64,000 nucleotides of DNA from Trichodelitschia bisporula (Eukaryota): assembly GCA_010356995.1 (NCBI GenBank), contig ML996694.1:495224-559223 (forward strand). Direction: 5' to 3'. The notes below the pieces were generated by a model, which did not search any database, was not told the DNA's origin, and saw only the letters and a list, made by a program, of their open reading frames with translations. Shown piece by piece: positions 1 through 12,144 of this stretch (positions are counted from its first letter, which is position 1; every line of letters starts with the position of its first letter). The position numbers and the translations under genes were made by a program.

Positions 1-48
1 ACCGAGCACCTGCCCAATGCATCCAATATCCATACCCACAACCCCAGC

Positions 49-1345
49 TCAAGCAAGCCTAACGTATGCTGATGGAGCGTGTTAGTGTCCCAACATCGGC
101 GGACCAAGCGAGCACCTACTAGCATCGATCTGCTGCACCTGCGGCAGCGCCAGCCGGACCTTATTCCGATACAAAGCCGGCTGGCGTTTCTGCAGCGGAT
201 TCCCCTCCAGGTACACGGTCTGCAGCTCAGCCTTGTCGCGCAGCTGTTGCTCTACCTCCTCGAAGCTATCAAGTTTGCACGAGCTCGCCCACAGCTCTTC
301 CAGCTGGGACTGGGCTTCCAGGCCCGTGAGGTGCTCGAGGGGGTTCGCGGATATGTCCAACACGCGCAGGTTGGTGTTGCCTGACAGACCGGAGATCTCA
401 GTGAGTGCATTGTGCGAGACGTAGAGTTCTTCAAGTTGGGGGAGGGATTCGAGACCGGAAAGCTCGTGCAGCCGGTTGGATTGGATGGACAGGATTTTGA
501 GGTTGCTGAGTGTGTCCAGGCCGCTCAGGGATGTAAGCTTGTTCTTGCCCAACCACAACTTCTCAAGTGCCGTCAAAGTCTCCAGGTTTTGGATTGTGCG
601 GATGCGGTTTCCACCCAGCTCAAGGTTGGTGAGGTTGGTTAGGCCCTCAAGGTTCTCGATCACGGAAATTTTGTTTTGCACGAAATACAGGTCTGTCAGC
701 TTCTGTAGGTGATTGACCCGGCGGATGTGTTTGATCTTGTTGAAACTGAAATCCAGACTCGTCAACTCAGAGAAATCTTCCAAGCCCTTGATGGAGGAGA
801 TCAAGTTGTCGTATAAGTCAAGATCCTTCAGTGTACTCGCGAGGCTGGGTGGAAATTCAACCGCAGTGATCTGGTTCTGTCGAAGGCAAAGCCGCTGAAT
901 TGTTAGACAGGTTTACGAACGACGTAAGGAGCTAACCTCGACATGCTGAAATCGCTCCAAGCGGAGCGCGGGTATGGACTGGATCCGGCAGTGGACGAGA
1001 TCGATCTCCTGAGGCTCGCATTAGCCGATGTCATCGACTGGAGTTAAAGAGAAGCTACAGTAGTATCGTCCTCCAAATCCGCGCACAAATCTACGATCAC
1101 ATCAGCCATCCGTTGCCGTAACCACGCTCTGAGGGAAGCGCACCCTCATCTGCCTCGATCTGCTGGAGCGGCGGCGCATCGTCATCTTCGCTCTCTGGCT
1201 CACTCTCGTTCACAACCGCTCTCCGCTCAATGCGAAGCTTGCCATCCCAGCCCCGAGAATTGCGTGGTGAATGAGCGACAGTCGCCTCTGTGCCATCGGT
1301 GGTGGCGGGGAGCTGGATGTGGGGTTCGTCCGTCGGGGAAGCCAT
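49..1345 (-). CDS. SDS22: Protein phosphatase 1 regulatory subunit Sds22 (leucine-rich repeat)
   Basis: Tandem SDS22-type LRRs (LTSLDFSFNKIKHI, LELGGNRIRTIQNL, LWLGKNKL) plus LRR cap (YRNKVRLALPQVQQIDA). Exons 1345-1144, 1090-1059, 1008-937, 894-120, 68-49, ending TYVRLA*. Confidence 0.93.
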
Positions 1346-2117
1346 CGGATCGGGTGTGGTGGGGTTGTGAGCGGATGGTTGTTAAGTTAAACTCAAGAGC
1401 AAGAGGAGGCGGAGGCGAAAAGCAAGACTTGTATAGGAAAGTAAGGCAGAATTCGCTTGCTGAACACAGGAAACAGGCGCAGTGTCTGCCTTCTGTAGAG
1501 CAGGGTTGACGGTGTTGGGCATTTGTGGCTGTGGAACCTCCTCAAGCTGGGGAGGGGACGACGTGGGGTGGTGGGGTCATGAACCTTGGCAGCTTGTGCC
1601 TTGCATCACAGCTGCCAATAATACCTTGTGACGCGGATGGGATGTACCAGAGTGCTATGCGTGCTACATCGGAACAGGTTTTGATCTTACGGAACATTCT
1701 TCCACAACATACTCCGCAGGCACAGCATCATGGTGGCGAACTGATATCTCGGGGTGCAGTAGAGCAGCGATGGGTAGCATTTCAACCATATTTTTGCCCG
1801 AGGGCCAGTCATCAGGCCATGAGGCGCTCAGCCTGATATCGCTTCTCGTTGCAAGTCGTTGCCACCCACCAAATACCGGACACGTCACAGTTTCCTTTGA
1901 GCTATGGAACACGTTACAGTATACGAGCTTCAGTCAATGATTGTGTCAGTTAGGAGGCATTTTCAAGCTAGAGGGGCGGATCCGAAGCATGTTGTAGGTA
2001 TCGCAAGACAAAATGCCGCTGATATGGCCAGTCATATTGCGGTACTTTATCTGTCCTCCTGTCGCCATAAATCATAGTCCAGCAATAAGCCAAGGACTTC
2101 ACCGTGGCGATGTCAGT

Positions 2118-3680
2118 CTAGGCGCGGCTCAAGTTCTCGCCCTCCTCGACTTTCTGCAATCCGTACTTCTTAAGACTGTATGGAAAGTTAACATTGTCCT
2201 TCAATGAATGGAAAAAGGAGAAGCATACCGAATGGACTGGATCCCAATGAACCCAGTGGTGTCCTCAGGGCTGAAGTTATCCAGAGAATCCATCGATGCT
2301 TCCTCCGCAGAGTACAGCTTCTCAGTGGCACTGGAGCGGCCCAAGACGTACGCAGCACCCTTGTAGCAGCGTAGGCGAACTTCACCATTGACCCGACGCT
2401 GGCTGAAAAGCAGAGCGTTCTCAACGAACTCGCGCTCCGGCGAGAAGTACATGCCATTATACAGGTAGATGGACCAGTTGTGGGTGACGAATTGATCGCG
2501 GAGGCTGCGGACCTGCGTATCAAGAACGAGACCTGAGCGCATAAGCGTGAGCTTATGTGGAGGAACTCATAACATACCTTCGAGGTCAAGATGCGCGAGG
2601 CGAAGGATAGTCATAGCAGGCGCTATAATTTGTGAGCAAAGACCATAGCAACGTCACGAATACTCACAGTCGTAGCATCCACGGCTCTTGAGGCCGATGA
2701 ACCGGTTCTCCACGATATCGACCCGGCCAATGCCATGGACGTATCCAATCTTGTTGAGTTCCTTGAACAGGGCCACGGAATCTGTCAGTTTGCCCTCAGG
2801 CGTCACAAGTTTGACGGGAAGACCCTTCTCAAAATGGATTGTGACATCAACCGGCTTGTCCGGGGCACTGAGCGGATCTTGTGTCATGGTCCACATGTCG
2901 TCGGGGGGAGTCTGATCCGGGTTCTCTAGAATTCCGGCCTCATAACTGCAGTGCGCCAGGTTGGCATCCATGGACCACGGCTTAGCCTTCGTGGACGTGA
3001 CGGGAATGTTGGCGTGCGCGGCATAGTCCAGCAGATCATTGCGGCCAGCAAAACGCTGGAAGAACTTGGGGTCGCGCCAGGGAGCGATGATCTTGATGGA
3101 GGGTTGGATGGTGTAGAAGGCAAGCTCGAAGCGAACCTGATCGTTGCCTTTGCCGGTGCAACCGTGAGAGACGAAGTCGCATCCCTCACGCTGGGCAACA
3201 CGCATCTGAGCACGGGCAATAACGGGACGCGCAAGGCTGGTACCTTCGGTGACTCATAAGTGTGTGAACCCACTTGAAATGAGTGAGTAACGTACCGAGA
3301 AGGTAACGGCCTTCGTAGATGGCATTGCACTGAATGGCAGGGAAGCAGAGCTCCTCGACAAACTCGCGCTGGAGGTCCTCAATGATCATCTTCTTCGCGC
3401 CGATCGAGAGAGCCTTCTTCTCAACGGCGGCCCAATCCTCCTCCTGGCCGACGTCGGCGAGGAAGCAGACGACCTCATATCCCTCCTCTTTGTGAGATTA
3501 ATATGGCACTTCACAGGACGAAATGAACATCACCTACCCAGAAGCCAGCGCAGAATGCAGCTGGTATCAAGACCACCTGTTGAGGGTAAACCACAGGCGT
3601 TAGTGGCCGTCTCAAAACCATGACGTGGGATTGGAAGAGTGTTTACCAGAGTAGGCGAGACAGACACGTCCCTTGGACAT
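2118..3680 (-). CDS. ARG1: Argininosuccinate synthase
   Basis: [32 protein letters not shown] and [13 protein letters not shown] motifs; 6 introns; ends [17 protein letters not shown]. Confidence 0.97.
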
Positions 3681-4205
3681 GATGGAGAGTGGGATTGAGG
3701 AAATTGGAGTGTCTGTTATGGAATAAAAGCGTCAAGCTATGAGAGACTGGAGGGGATGCGGGGAAATTGGTGGGGTCTCAACTCTTAAGTGCAAAAAAAG
3801 TTGTTGCGGAGCCGCGTCACAGACCAAAAAAAATACCTTATCGATAAGACCAATACCCCTGGACCTCCGTCCTGCAGTAACGTAGGGAAGCCGCGAAGAG
3901 CCTTCCCTGCCGTGCATATTTCTCACGCGACTCGCAGAGGATTACATAGGTGGCAGGGAAATTCTCGAAATGTCCTGTGAACTGGAAGGGCGAGCATTCC
4001 CGACAATCATGCTTTGATACTGTGTAAGCGTTGAAAGACCCATGGGACAGCTCTTAAGTCGCTGATGTGGCATATATGAAAATGGTTGTAGATCCATTCT
4101 GATATGGTACAGTACTGCGACCCACATACGATGTTTTGCTGCCCGAAACAAATTCAACTCTCGTCTTCAGTACCTCCTTACAGTCCAGGTTCACGCATTG
4201 GACAA

Positions 4206-6104
4206 TTACAACCCGGAATCCGTCTTCAGATAAGCTGGGTTCCCGCTGTAGTATGCATTCCAGTTGGCGCATGTCTTCTGCCACGTCGCGTCGGGAAGCT
4301 TGATGGTGCTTTTGCTTTCCAAAAACTGGACCCCGAGGCCTTCGCTGATGTGCCATGCAATATGGCAGTGCATTAACCTGAAAGGCCCGTTAGCAAAGAG
4401 ATCATCAGCATGGAGATATGAAACAGCTCACCATGCGCCTGGGTTGTCTGTTGGGAATGCGATCACAACCCAACCGCCAGCTGGCAAAAATGTCACATCC
4501 CGTCTTGGTGGGTTTGCGAAGTTCAGGCTGGCAGCGTCGGTGTCTTTATTGAATATCGCCCCGGATTTCGCCCCCAGAATGAAGAAGTCGTGCCCGTGAA
4601 GGTGGATGGGATGAGGAATTGGGACTGGCGTCCCCGAAGTCTCCTGGATAACCCAGTAGGTCCAGATACCTTCCGTTGGCAGTTCCACGAGGTTGTAAAC
4701 GTGAGGGTAGCTCGAGTTCCCCTGCACCACATACTGAAGGGTCGGGTCCCTCCAGTCCACATCAATGGCGGTCAAGTTCACCGCCCAAACAACAATGTTT
4801 TGCCCGTTTGTTGTGAGCTGCTCGACGTTGATGTCAACTTCTAGGTCACGGACCTGGGAGTTGAAGGCATCGCTGGGTACGTTCGTCGGCCACCATGGAA
4901 CGAGCGGGCCCTCATCCTGGCACACGGCCGGTTGCGCCGCAGCATTCGTGTTCGGAGTCGCAACCGCAGAACCAGCATACGTAAAGATGCTTCGGCCAAC
5001 GCCATTGTTTGCACTGAAGCAATCGCCGGCAACCTCAGCCCGAAACCAGAAGTTTCCGCCTGTTTGATTGGCAGTGATTATGACGTCGTAGCGCTGCCCA
5101 ACACCTAGGAGTAACCAGTTGGCGGTGAACGAATGGATCGGAACAAGGTCGGATGAGATGACGGTGAAAGGATGGCCGTCCAATGAAACACGGATTTGAT
5201 TGTCAACTGAAGTGTTGATGAGCCGGAGACGGTGCTTTTTGCCCTTGGTGAGCTGGACTGTGTTGTATTGGCCGGTGGAGCCATCGGCATTCTTGTTGGT
5301 TCCGTTGATGAGAATGTTGTCACCGGGAGGAGGAGGGCTCGCGGATTGAAGATTGGTGTTCACGATTTCTTCAAGGCGGAAAACGGGCTGATAGTACCAA
5401 TCGGAAATGACGTAAGGCCCCATGTCGATGTCATAGTTAGCCACAGCTGGACCGTTGATGACAATAGCGCCGACCAGACCGTCACCATACTGCGACGAGT
5501 AGTGCGAATGATACCAAGTAGTCCCATACTGAGTCGCTTGGAAAAGATACTGTTTTGTGTCTCCGGGAGCAAGAGGACATTCGGTGATGCCATTTACACC
5601 GTCCTGAGGGTTCGAGTTCAGTTGTCGAATTCCGTGCCAGTGGATGGAGGTGCCGTTGTCATGAAGGGAATTTTTGACCGTCACGGAGATCATGTCACCC
5701 CAGTTGGCGTATATTGTGGGGCCGGGATATTGCCCATTGACAAGCATGCATATCTTCGCTCCGCTTCCATCCGGACTGCAGGTGGTGTTGGTGATTTCAA
5801 AGTTGTATGAAACTGTTCGCCCTGTGGTCGGCCATTTGGTATCGAAATCAGTCGAAATGCTGAATCCGTTTCCCCAGCAGCCCCGAGTGAGGGGTCCATT
5901 CGCGCAGTTCGAGTCGGTTTTTGGGGTTGCCGTCGCCGATGTCGAGCTGGTAGGAGTTTGCCTTCGAACAAGTGGTGCCAGCGTGGTGGGTCTGCCACCT
6001 GCTCCCCAAAGCTTGTGATTCTCCGGGATGTGGTACAGCTCGGAACATAACGCACTGTTGACCAAGGTCAGCAGCCCGGCCACTGCCAGACCTGAGAGAT
6101 GCAT
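4206..6104 (-). CDS. Secreted laccase / multicopper oxidase (AA1, asco-laccase)
   Basis: Signal peptide and Cu motifs HWHG, WYHSH, HPIHLHGH, plus HCHIAWHISEGL after one intron (~4378-4432); C-terminal DSGL*. Confidence 0.95.
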
Positions 6105-9100
6105 GGTCGCTGGCGGAAAGAAAACGAGGTGAGCGACAGTGGGAAGATAATGGAAAACAGAGAAAACGAAGACCGAGTACGTGCTGCTGCACAGAAAACT
6201 GAAAACAGCAATAAAAAGGGTTATCCTCTTTTAATGAAGGAGGAGGACGGTGGGGAGAATTGTCAACATACTGGATAGGGGGCCAGCATAGATATACCAA
6301 CCACTGCTGTCATGATTGCACCCTTTTAGGCAGAGGGCGTCAATATCGACGGCCAACAAGCGAACGGCGACGGTAGCCCTCGGACGCTGAAGGCTAATGC
6401 AAGAGACAGGAGGTGCGAAGTCTGGTGGCACTGCTTAGGATGCAGTGCTTCCAATTGCTGAATTCGGGCACTCGAGCGGTCCGGCCATATGCAATCACCG
6501 AAATAGTAGCATCCAAGGATATCTCGCGAGGCGTTCAAGAATCGGGGGGATGGGAATCGAGGCGATTCAGGTGAGCAATGAATAGCTTCCGATTTGATAA
6601 CGTAAGGGGAATCTCTGCAGCCATCAAGTGAGGAAAGAGAACCATCGGAATATCGCATCATCATCAGAATATAGGATGATAACAGCATTCAGTATCCATC
6701 TAGACAAAAAGAATTGAGGGTGGAAGGTACTTTGGAAGGCTTAACTGAGATTAAGACAAGGCTGAAAGCCTCGCGCAACATCCAATTTCTTCAGGAATGC
6801 CGCGCCGAGAGTCCGCAGACGTCCTAGAACTAGAGCTGGCGCTGTTGCCGAGTTGCGCTTACTTCGTACAAATCAGAAATGTGGCCCGGGATGCCAGAAT
6901 ACCGCACGACAACCCGGGAATTGATGGCTCCTTCTACAGGATAGAGGATCCGGAAAGTGTTCGGCGGTCCCAAAGGCGCCACTGACTACTGCGTCGCACA
7001 GCTGGGGGTAAGTCGCCCGGCTTCTCGCTACCGCAAAAAGGTCAGCGGTCGTACCGCTTCAGCGATGGGTCGGACATGGCTAGGCGAACATCCTCTTGAC
7101 AGCGATTATCGCATCGTACGGATGCGGAGCGGCAGTGGCTGAGTACCGTAAGGTAGTGGGTTAGCAATTGGAATAGAATCTACCAGCTCATGCATCCCCT
7201 GCATCGATGCTGAGAGGGTACCTCGGCGCCACTGCTGCTGTACTAGGGTTTGGTTCTCCACCGTACTATCACAGCTTGTGGAGAGCGTCAGCAAGCACAG
7301 CAGCGTTCCGAAGCGCATCCATGGGTCCCAAATGCCATTCGTTGCACTGACTCGGTCCACATCTAGACTGGTCTAGGATGCCGCTGAGGCTGATGAGATG
7401 CTAGAGGCTTCGGTTCCGATATCCACGGTCCATTGCTGCCGTGCGACGATCAGGAATCCAAAACCCGCTACGTGGGAAGGCGAGCAGCTGTCAAGTCTCC
7501 GAAAGTACGTGATTGTGGGGGTACGAAACTGCACATTAGAGAAGCATCAAGCCGTGTCATATGCGAAACGAAAATATTTTGCTCCTCGCTTACCGCTCCC
7601 CGGATGCTGTAAGAGGGTGAGGCTCACGATCTCTCTCGCACAACGGCATGCGAGAGGCGTTTGCAGCTGTTGTAAGGTTACGGGTAACGCTCTGGGTCAA
7701 AATCACTACAGATGTGTAATTGAAGTCGGGGGATATGAGGAAGTGAGATGGGATAAGGGTTTTCGGTGGAGATGGCTGTGAGAGGCATCAGCAACAGCAC
7801 GAAGATGAAACGAGAGGCGCGTCGTTGGAAGGCGAGCAATCGTGGCTGGTAGACGATTAAGCGCCACCCGAAAATGTTTGTGGCCGCTACCGTCCGCAAC
7901 AAAACTCGTATAAGGCGACCACGATTTCTCCGGTGGGGCCTCTCGAGCGTTGGTAGCGGGTGATGCCCCCCGATGGGACGGCGATGGGGTTTGTGGTGAG
8001 AGTACCACAAGTGCAGTGTATACTCCGTACCATAGCATGGAGATGCCTGGTAAGTGCGGAGACCCGAGCTGAGGTCTGTGTGTTGAGGCTTGAGCTGAGC
8101 CTCAAAGAGCTTCGAGGGGAAGAGGTCAAAGCTTAGCATGAGACATCTACGACATCACATTTCTTTGCGCTCACTGATTCACTCGGCTTACCGTACATCA
8201 CCAACCCCATCTTGCTGATCCGGACGACTCCGTGCCCCTCCCTTCTGTACGCTCGTCAGAAAACGCCTCTCAATCTTTGATGCAGAGTTGCTCGGTCTCC
8301 TTCCCATCTACGGATGTACGGATACAACAATGTAACCACGGTACGGAGTCGGCCCGTCGGAGAAGCGAAGATCACGCTTCGGCAACTGCGCTTCGTTTGG
8401 AAGACGATGCCGCAAACAGCGGAATCTTGATTGAGGTTTTGCAGCTGCTTGTACCGTTCGTCTCCCCCGCCCGGCCGCTAATGTTTTGCTTTTGCCGCCT
8501 TGCAAGCCATCTTCATCCACTCTGTCCGCCCCTCCCGAGTTGTGGCTTCCTCCAACCAATAGCCTCTCCTTCGGTGACTTTCTTCGGGACGGGAACGATC
8601 GCCACCATCTCGCCGTGAGCAACCTGGGATATTTCCCCGAGATTTCTCGACTTCGTTCGGATGACAACGCTTGTTTATCCCTATGAAGGGAACGTATTCC
8701 ATAATTGCCGGAAAAATTGGCGGTCCTCGGGCAGCTCAGGACAGTAACACTGTTTATCGACGGATTCTTCCATTAAAGGATTCTGTTTTCAGTGTTGCAG
8801 TCTCATGTTGCGCTCTGACGCGACCTCCGTACGGAGACCATACCTTGTGGGCATTCAGCACCGACGCTGGACACAGTACCACGACGGCGTGGCTTGAGAA
8901 TCCCACCCGGCCTGGTACGCCGCTTACCATCCCTGCAGCCCCGCAACTGCAAGTGAGCAGCCCCGGGGTTCGGAGCGCTGCGCGTTGCTGTTCACCAGAG
9001 GAGTGCATCGAATGAGCACCCCAACTGCTATGTCCTCGCCGGAACACCTTCTCTCCCAAATTAGCAGGACTATGACTGATTTGATTGCCCACACGAGGCA

Positions 9101-9846
9101 AGTCGGGCATGGTGGCGTCTGCAATCCTCGAGGAAGCTTCTAGGCTGAACCTCCAAGCGATCCATCTCATGGTTGCAACAAGCGGAGGTATGTCCCCTCA
9201 TCATACCAAACCTCCTCAATTTCGAAAGCCGTCCGATATCATTGGTACATTGAGGCATCTGCCCTCCATGCTAAACTGGCTTTTGACATCGACAAACATT
9301 GGCTGCGTTTCGTCCCCTCTCCACTCCCTACCCGCCTGGACATGGAGGCGTTTCCCTTCCTGTTGGTCAGTGTTGCCCGATCTCCCTAAATCTTGCTGGT
9401 TGCTTCGAATGATATGCATCAAGACTGCAGCACCTGCGCAGGGCCATTCGCTCTGCAGTGCCTGCAGTGGCAAGTTCTATTCTCGTCTCCAGTCGGGCAG
9501 GCTGAGGGGTGCTGGCCATGTTCATACAGACTTCGCGCATGGCGGTCTGAGCTTCCTGCTTCCAAACGTTTCCGTATGCCGGATACCGGAATCTGCGGTG
9601 CACATGGACGCCATCCGGCATGGAGTCTGGCTACCGTCGAGGCTTTGCCGCGTATCAGCAGCTGCGGGGGTTGGCTTACCATGTACATGGTTGGTTAGCT
9701 CAGGTACTCCCGCTGGCTTACCATTTCTCATATATGCCTCTTTGAATCCCTCCCTTCTGTTCTCCATATCTCCCATAGTCCTTCGTTGACCTTCCATTCA
9801 CGCCAATACATACAATCCTTCGTTTTACGTCCAACACTTCGCGGTC

Positions 9847-11273
9847 ATGCAACCCGTCCATTCACTGGCGAATAAGCTCGCCCTTTTCGGGCTGCTCGGG
9901 TTGTTCGCTACCAACACTCTCGCTCAGGACAACCCTTGCAAATCTTTTGGCGTTGACTTTCAAGATGGTGGATCCTATTTCCAGAACCAGCTATCCAGTG
10001 ATCCTTTCACATTCGTTCAACAATTCCAAGGTATACTCACGCCACATCTACTGGATCATCTTTAACATTACTGGCATAGGCTGTGCGGCGGACAACTCAC
10101 AAAACATCCTCGTCGACCCTCAGGGAGATCAGGTCCAATGCTCGGATACCCCGTTACTTCCTGACAATACACCGGAGATGTCAACTTGGTGTGTGGAATC
10201 AGCTCTTACACGTCACCTTCGTTAATACATACCAGCCCTTTAACCAAGAGTCAGATGATTTCTGGGCCCTGGTCCGTTGTAATCTTGAGCAACAATGGCA
10301 ATGCTGCCCCCATCGCATACCAGAGGGACTTCGTTCTCAGCGTTGCCCCTCAGAACACCACGACGTTCACACCCACTGCGACCATGTCAACCACAACTAC
10401 TCCGATGGTAAACTCAACAGGTAAGCTTTGACGTGAAACGTGATTAGCTCCGCTGAACTTGAATAGTTATCACAACAGATGTTTCCTCGACCACTCTCCC
10501 AGCAGCGACTACCACTGTTCCCTCCACAGTAAGCTAATTTCTTCCACCGCCGGGCGGCTTGCTAATCCAAATAGACCATATACCCTACCAAGACGATGAC
10601 ACCTGCTCGCGTTACCGTCTACACCACCAAAACGATCAACACCATCACTCGCATAAAACCCACGCTCACAGTTATCAAGACCACCAAAGTCGTCACCGCG
10701 ACGTGCACTGTCCCACCGCGTCAACCGACCAACGACAGGAAAGCCAGGATTATCCCCACCATCCGTGGCGTCACTGCCGCAGCCCTCAGTGCTTCTTCTG
10801 CCACTGCCTCCGCTGCACCATCCCCCAACCCTGCTCGCAACCGCAGAGGGCGCGGCTTCATCCAGAATCGCGCGAGGTTCCTGAAGGAGCGCTCAGAGAG
10901 ACTGGCTGTCATGCACGCCGGTGCCATCGTCAAGCGCGCTCCCGACCAACCTGTCATGACGATTACGGATACCAATACTGCAGATTACCCTACCATTACC
11001 CAGACCATCACGGCTCCAGAACTCATCAATACCATCATCAACACTGTCCAGACTACGACGACAATCACCCCGCCTGTCGTCACTGTTATGTCGGGTCAGG
11101 TCATCCAAGTCACTACAGTGACGGCCCCGACGCCTACGCGTGTCATCACGAAACAAGTCCTTGCGACTGTGTTGGTCACCAAGACCTACGCATTCACCGT
11201 CACTATCACCTCAACAATGACGCCGACTGCAAGCGTGACTGCTTGCCGCAACAGAGGTGGGAAATTTTTCTGA
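9847..11273 (+). CDS. Secreted Cys/Thr-rich protein of unknown function
   Basis: Signal peptide (MQPV...TLA|QDNPC). Five exons join in frame via canonical introns (10031-10079, ~10189-10236, ~10401-10465, ~10529-10574). Cys-containing N-domain followed by Thr/Val-rich region with dibasic sites. Confidence 0.8.
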
Positions 11274-12144
11274 TCTCCGAAGGTCAGGCGCCTTTAATCT
11301 TTGGCATTTTTTGGTGCGGCGTTCTTGACTTCCGGCGTGAAGATTACGTCGTTAGAATGTCGTTTGTTTTTTTAACATCATTGGACTTAATATTTCCATG
11401 CTTGGATGCTTCTGAATCCGGGATCGGTGCATGATGTGTACGTGTAGATTATGCTATGCATCTCCTGAACGGAGCTTCTTAGTCTTGATTCATCTTGTCC
11501 GGCATGCGGTGCGAAGGAATTCCCACGCGTGTCAACTCGGTTTCGTTCGTCAAGCCTTACTGTTAGGAGTGTCCTTGCAGAAGCCGCTGCGGCGTTAGGC
11601 ACAGAAACTAATTCTCAGCCGGAGGTACAGACGCACACATTCATCACCTTTCTCGCAACGTGCAAAGCTGGGGAGTCTCGAACTTCCTGCTTCAACCCCA
11701 CCATGCCTTACCAGACCTTGGCTAGCTCTACTATTGATGGACATGTCGAGTTTTAGGTCTTGGTTGTTCTTATCGCTGCTTACACTCACAGTATGACAAA
11801 GTGCGACAGTATCGGGGTGGAGTGAGGAAGGTAGGGTTTCAGCCTTACGCGTCTGGTCTTGGGCTTGGCTGTAGAAGCGGATTGGCCAGCGACTGTTTCT
11901 CTCCACCATTGCCAGAACTAGTTCTAGCTCCTAGAAGATGGGAGAGACATTAGAGTAACGACGGGCGGAAATGTTGAAGCCAATCTACCAGATTTAGAGA
12001 ACGCTCTAAGACCGGAGCTACCTGTATATCGTGGACCACATAACTACCCGTAGAATACAAGCACTCCGAGGCCAAATTCACCCATTGCCCGCAGGCATAC
12101 CGGCCTCATATTCCACCCATAATCCTCATAAGTATCCCACAACC

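Noticed and set aside
9085..9789. 234-aa + strand ORF
   Set aside because: Non-ATG start, no recognisable domain, lies in the promoter/leader of the 9847 gene.
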